A stretch of DNA of 64,000 nt from Octopus sinensis (Eukaryota): assembly GCF_006345805.1 (NCBI RefSeq), contig NC_042998.1, positions 79,608,001 through 79,672,000 of the forward strand. The letters are read 5' to 3'. Positions 60,794 to 64,000 of this stretch are shown here, piece after piece (the first letter of the stretch is position 1; the number at the start of each line of letters is the position of its first letter). Position numbers and translations under genes: made by a program. The notes below the pieces were generated by a model. The model was not told the DNA's origin and searched no databases. It saw only the letters and a list, made by a program, of their open reading frames with translations.

Positions 60794-63004
60794 ACTGACA
60801 ACAATCACTGTCAAATTAAATGCTAAAGAATAGTAGCTATAAGGGTAAAATACCCAATCTTTCTGCTGTTTTCAGAGCTATACTACGTTCAAAATTTACT
60901 TTCTCATCTGTAAAATACAAAACACATTCGATGCTTCCAAAGTTTGTTTACCAAATTTTGTTACCACCTTCATTGTTTTACAGCCACTTCCCATGCCTTG
61001 GTTGGAAGTGTCATCTTGGTCTAGTCACTTATGAGTGTTTTCAGTGCATTTTATTTTAACACCAGTACTAGAGAGGTTGTCATGCTCTGACTGAGACCAC
61101 ACAGTCCTCTTGACTCTACATTTATCTTTGCTCATTTGTCAACTGCCTTACAAAGTGTATCAGGAGCGGTTTACTGTGATACCAGCACTAAAGAGTTTGC
61201 ATTGAATCATGTAAATTTAGGAGTATCATGTCCAAGAAGGTGGACAGAAGATAATGGTGTGGTGAAAGAAAGTTCAGGAAAGGTGGGTGTAAGCTGCAAA
61301 AGAGACTGTGGGATAGGCTTATAAGAAAATTGTTTACAAAAGCAGTATGTGGTATAATTAGAAAGAAGCCAGACAAAATAGTTAAAATCTTGTGATATTT
61401 AGTTATGCCTTTTTATGCTAGGCATTCAAAACCTGTTCTAGGCAACTTTCCTTTCCCTTCTTCTAGACCCAATAAAATAAATACTTGTTAGGCATTAGTG
61501 ACAGATTTAATCACTTCCTTAAAATTTATGGGTTTGTGCTATGTTAAAAAATCATTACTTTTACTAATTATTTGATGGTCCCATGGTGAGACAGAAACTC
61601 CTTACAACACCAAATTTTCAAAGGTTGTTATGAATTGATAACACTTCATATTATTAAAAGCCTTCAGCAGAGACATCAACAACAATACATCTCCATGTAC
61701 TCTTCTCTTAAATATTACAAGCATCATACCTACACAACACAATTTCTATGTGCCAATGAAGGTGCCCCTACATGGATTTCAATCAACTAGAAACAATAGC
61801 TAAATGCCCCATATCTCTACCATCTTCAAACCAATAGTGTTGTCTTAGATACAATATATCTGGGAAAAGAGATAGGCTAATCATGGCTGCAATACATTTT
61901 GATCATTTGCTTGATAAGAACTGACCTGGTATAAATCAACAACCATTTTCTTCCACAAGAAATGGCTGAATCAACAGAGCCAAAGTAAATACTTGGTAGT
62001 ATTTATATACTTTTACAATCAGAGTTCAAATCTCATTGGGTTGATTTTTATCACCATGAATTGGATGGATCTTTAACACAATGCCTTTCTACTCGTAATC
62101 CCTTCTTCAGTTTCAACATTCTACATTTAGTTTTCACCACTTCTTCCCATGCCTTCTTCATCCTTCCTCTTTCACAGGATCCTTCTACTTTGCACTTCTT
62201 TACCAAACTACCACCATTCATGTGTATCATATATCCATAGCTGTGCAGCCTCTCCTAATGCACAATTTTTGTTTCAGCTCATTTGTGTACAATCAACTGT
62301 CAACATTATCATTACATAACCAGCAGACAATGCTTCCTTCATTTCTTTCCAGCTTTCACATTAAATTCCCATGTTTCACTACCAAGCAATATTATACTTT
62401 GTACATAGATATCATAAATCTGACCTTCACTCTAAGACAGAATCACTTTTCCACACATCTTTATAGAATGTAACCAAGATAACTCTATAAAAGATGGGAC
62501 ACAAATGGGGGGCAAAATTAACACAGAGATAGACTCAGATTAAGGTTGATGTTTAATAAAAGTCATAAGAGTTGACTAGAAAGGTTGGTGATCAAAAAGG
62601 CATACAGGTGTTGACCTCAGAAAAGATCCAATTCATCCCAGTATGGAAAAGCAGACATAAAAACACTGATTTTAATCAACTTTGAAAAGGATAACATTTT
62701 AAATATTCAAATAGGTGCAACTATGGCTGTGTGATTAAGAAGCTTGCTTTGCAGTCATGTGGTTTCAGGTTCAGTCCCAATGTGTGGCATCTTGGGCAAG
62801 CATCTTCTACAATAGCCTCAGGTTGAATACAACCGTCTGAGTGAATTTGGTTAACAAATTCCATGGAAGCCTTCTGTGCATGCCTGAGTCTATATGTTTG
62901 TGTTGTGTGTGCGTCCCATCCCTACTGCCAAATTACCCCAGTCCAATGACTGAAACAAGTAAAAGATAAAAGGTAAAAATATTCTTTAAATATTTGAATG
63001 ATCA

Positions 63005-63610
63005 CCATCATCATTTAACGTCCATTTTCCATGTTGGCATGTGTTGGATGGTTTCACAGGAGCTGACCAGCTGCCCAGGATCTATGTCTGTTTTGTCATG
63101 GTCTCTACAGTTAGATACCCATCCTAATGCCAACCACTGTACTGACTGATTTTTACATAGCACTGGCACAGATGTGTTTACATGGTACCAGTATGGGTGC
63201 TTTTGACATAGCACCAGCACACACAAGCCCACAAGCTTAGGAATATTCAGCTGGAGAGGGATGCAGGAGACAAGCCTGTATGCAAGAACAACCATGCTTT
63301 TACTTGGTTTGGTGTATTTTCTCAAGCACAGTGAACTGCCAGGAGTCTAGGTCTTCTGTCATCCCCTCTGTGAGTCCAAATATCTGTAGATCCTTTCTCA
63401 CCACTTCATCCCATATCTTCCTGGGTCCACACCTTCCACATGTTCTCTCTACAATTAGAGATAGGCACCGCTTGATGCAACTGTCTTCATTCAAATACAT
63501 TACATTACATGTATTAGCACAGTCTTCTCTCTTGCACACTACATCTGATGCCTTGTATACCCAGTTTTCCTCTCAAATCACTTACACTCTGTCATATATG
63601 CACACTGACA
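63005..63610 (-). mobile_element. RTE LINE 3' portion with coding C-terminus and (ATG)n tail
   Basis: DSCIKRCLSLIVERTCGRCGPRKIWDEVVRKDL, followed by the shared 3' UTR and a gatgatg tail. Confidence 0.8.
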
Positions 63611-63670
63611 TTACACATCCATGAATATTTTACAAATATTAAAAAGATAAGACAAAAATAAGAAAAATAC

Positions 63671-63787
63671 CAAGACATCTGTATTTTCAAAATAGTTCTT
63701 CCAGTATGGACGAATCTTTCGCTGCCCACCAATGTCCCAGACATTCAAGCGGAAACCTTCAGATTGCACGGTTTTTATATTAAAGCC
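63671..63787 (-). CDS. ARL3: ARL3 coding exon (switch I/II); upstream exons lie beyond the window
   Basis: ctgaag|GGC..TTG|gtattt; [39 protein letters not shown], containing the G3 motif DIGGQ and the ARL3-type RKIRPYW. Confidence 0.96.
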
Positions 63788-64000
63788 CTTCAGGAAAATA
63801 AGTAAAACAAAGATTTATTAGAAACCATAAGAATGAAAAACACCATCAACATTAATTATGGCAAATTTCAAATGAGAGAGACATAGCAGAACATTTACTT
63901 TTCACTCACTACTATGCAAACATATTTCAACAGAAAATATACGGCCATAAGATAGCCATATATCTCGTTTTACATATATCATCATCATCATCATTTACTG

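Noticed and set aside
61100-61380. GC-richer stretch with short ORFs, possibly a LINE remnant
   Set aside because: I could not recognise any diagnostic motif.

Overview
AT-rich, intron- and repeat-rich animal genomic DNA. The repeat families point to an octopus/coleoid cephalopod; this is an inference from repeat content. I reconstructed three genes by hand from GT-AG exons with consistent reading frames. (1) A complete GH29 alpha-L-fucosidase on + (8 exons, 1239-23247, 461 aa). (2) A complete mitochondrial NAD-dependent isocitrate dehydrogenase beta subunit, IDH3B, on + (10 exons, 30621-52808, 386 aa). (3) The last four coding exons of ARL3 on - (63787 to 55599), convergent with IDH3B. Introns and spacers carry tRNA-derived SINEs, RTE 3' ends, Penelope-like elements (PLEs), CRE-, R4/Dong- and CR1-type LINE relics, and several Tc1/mariner elements and MITEs, including one full-length 1291-bp mariner. 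The most striking signal is a set of minimal type I hammerhead ribozyme motifs. Two lie in a 426-bp-period tandem repeat just downstream of a PLE ORF (retrozyme/pLTR-like). One intact motif lies in a tRNA-headed, SINE-like unit that forms a head-to-head palindrome in IDH3B intron 1. Two more are decayed relics. A second theme is repeated short-range (1.3-3.5 kb) copying of local sequence, including an in-frame duplicate of IDH3B exon 2 embedded in a SINE.
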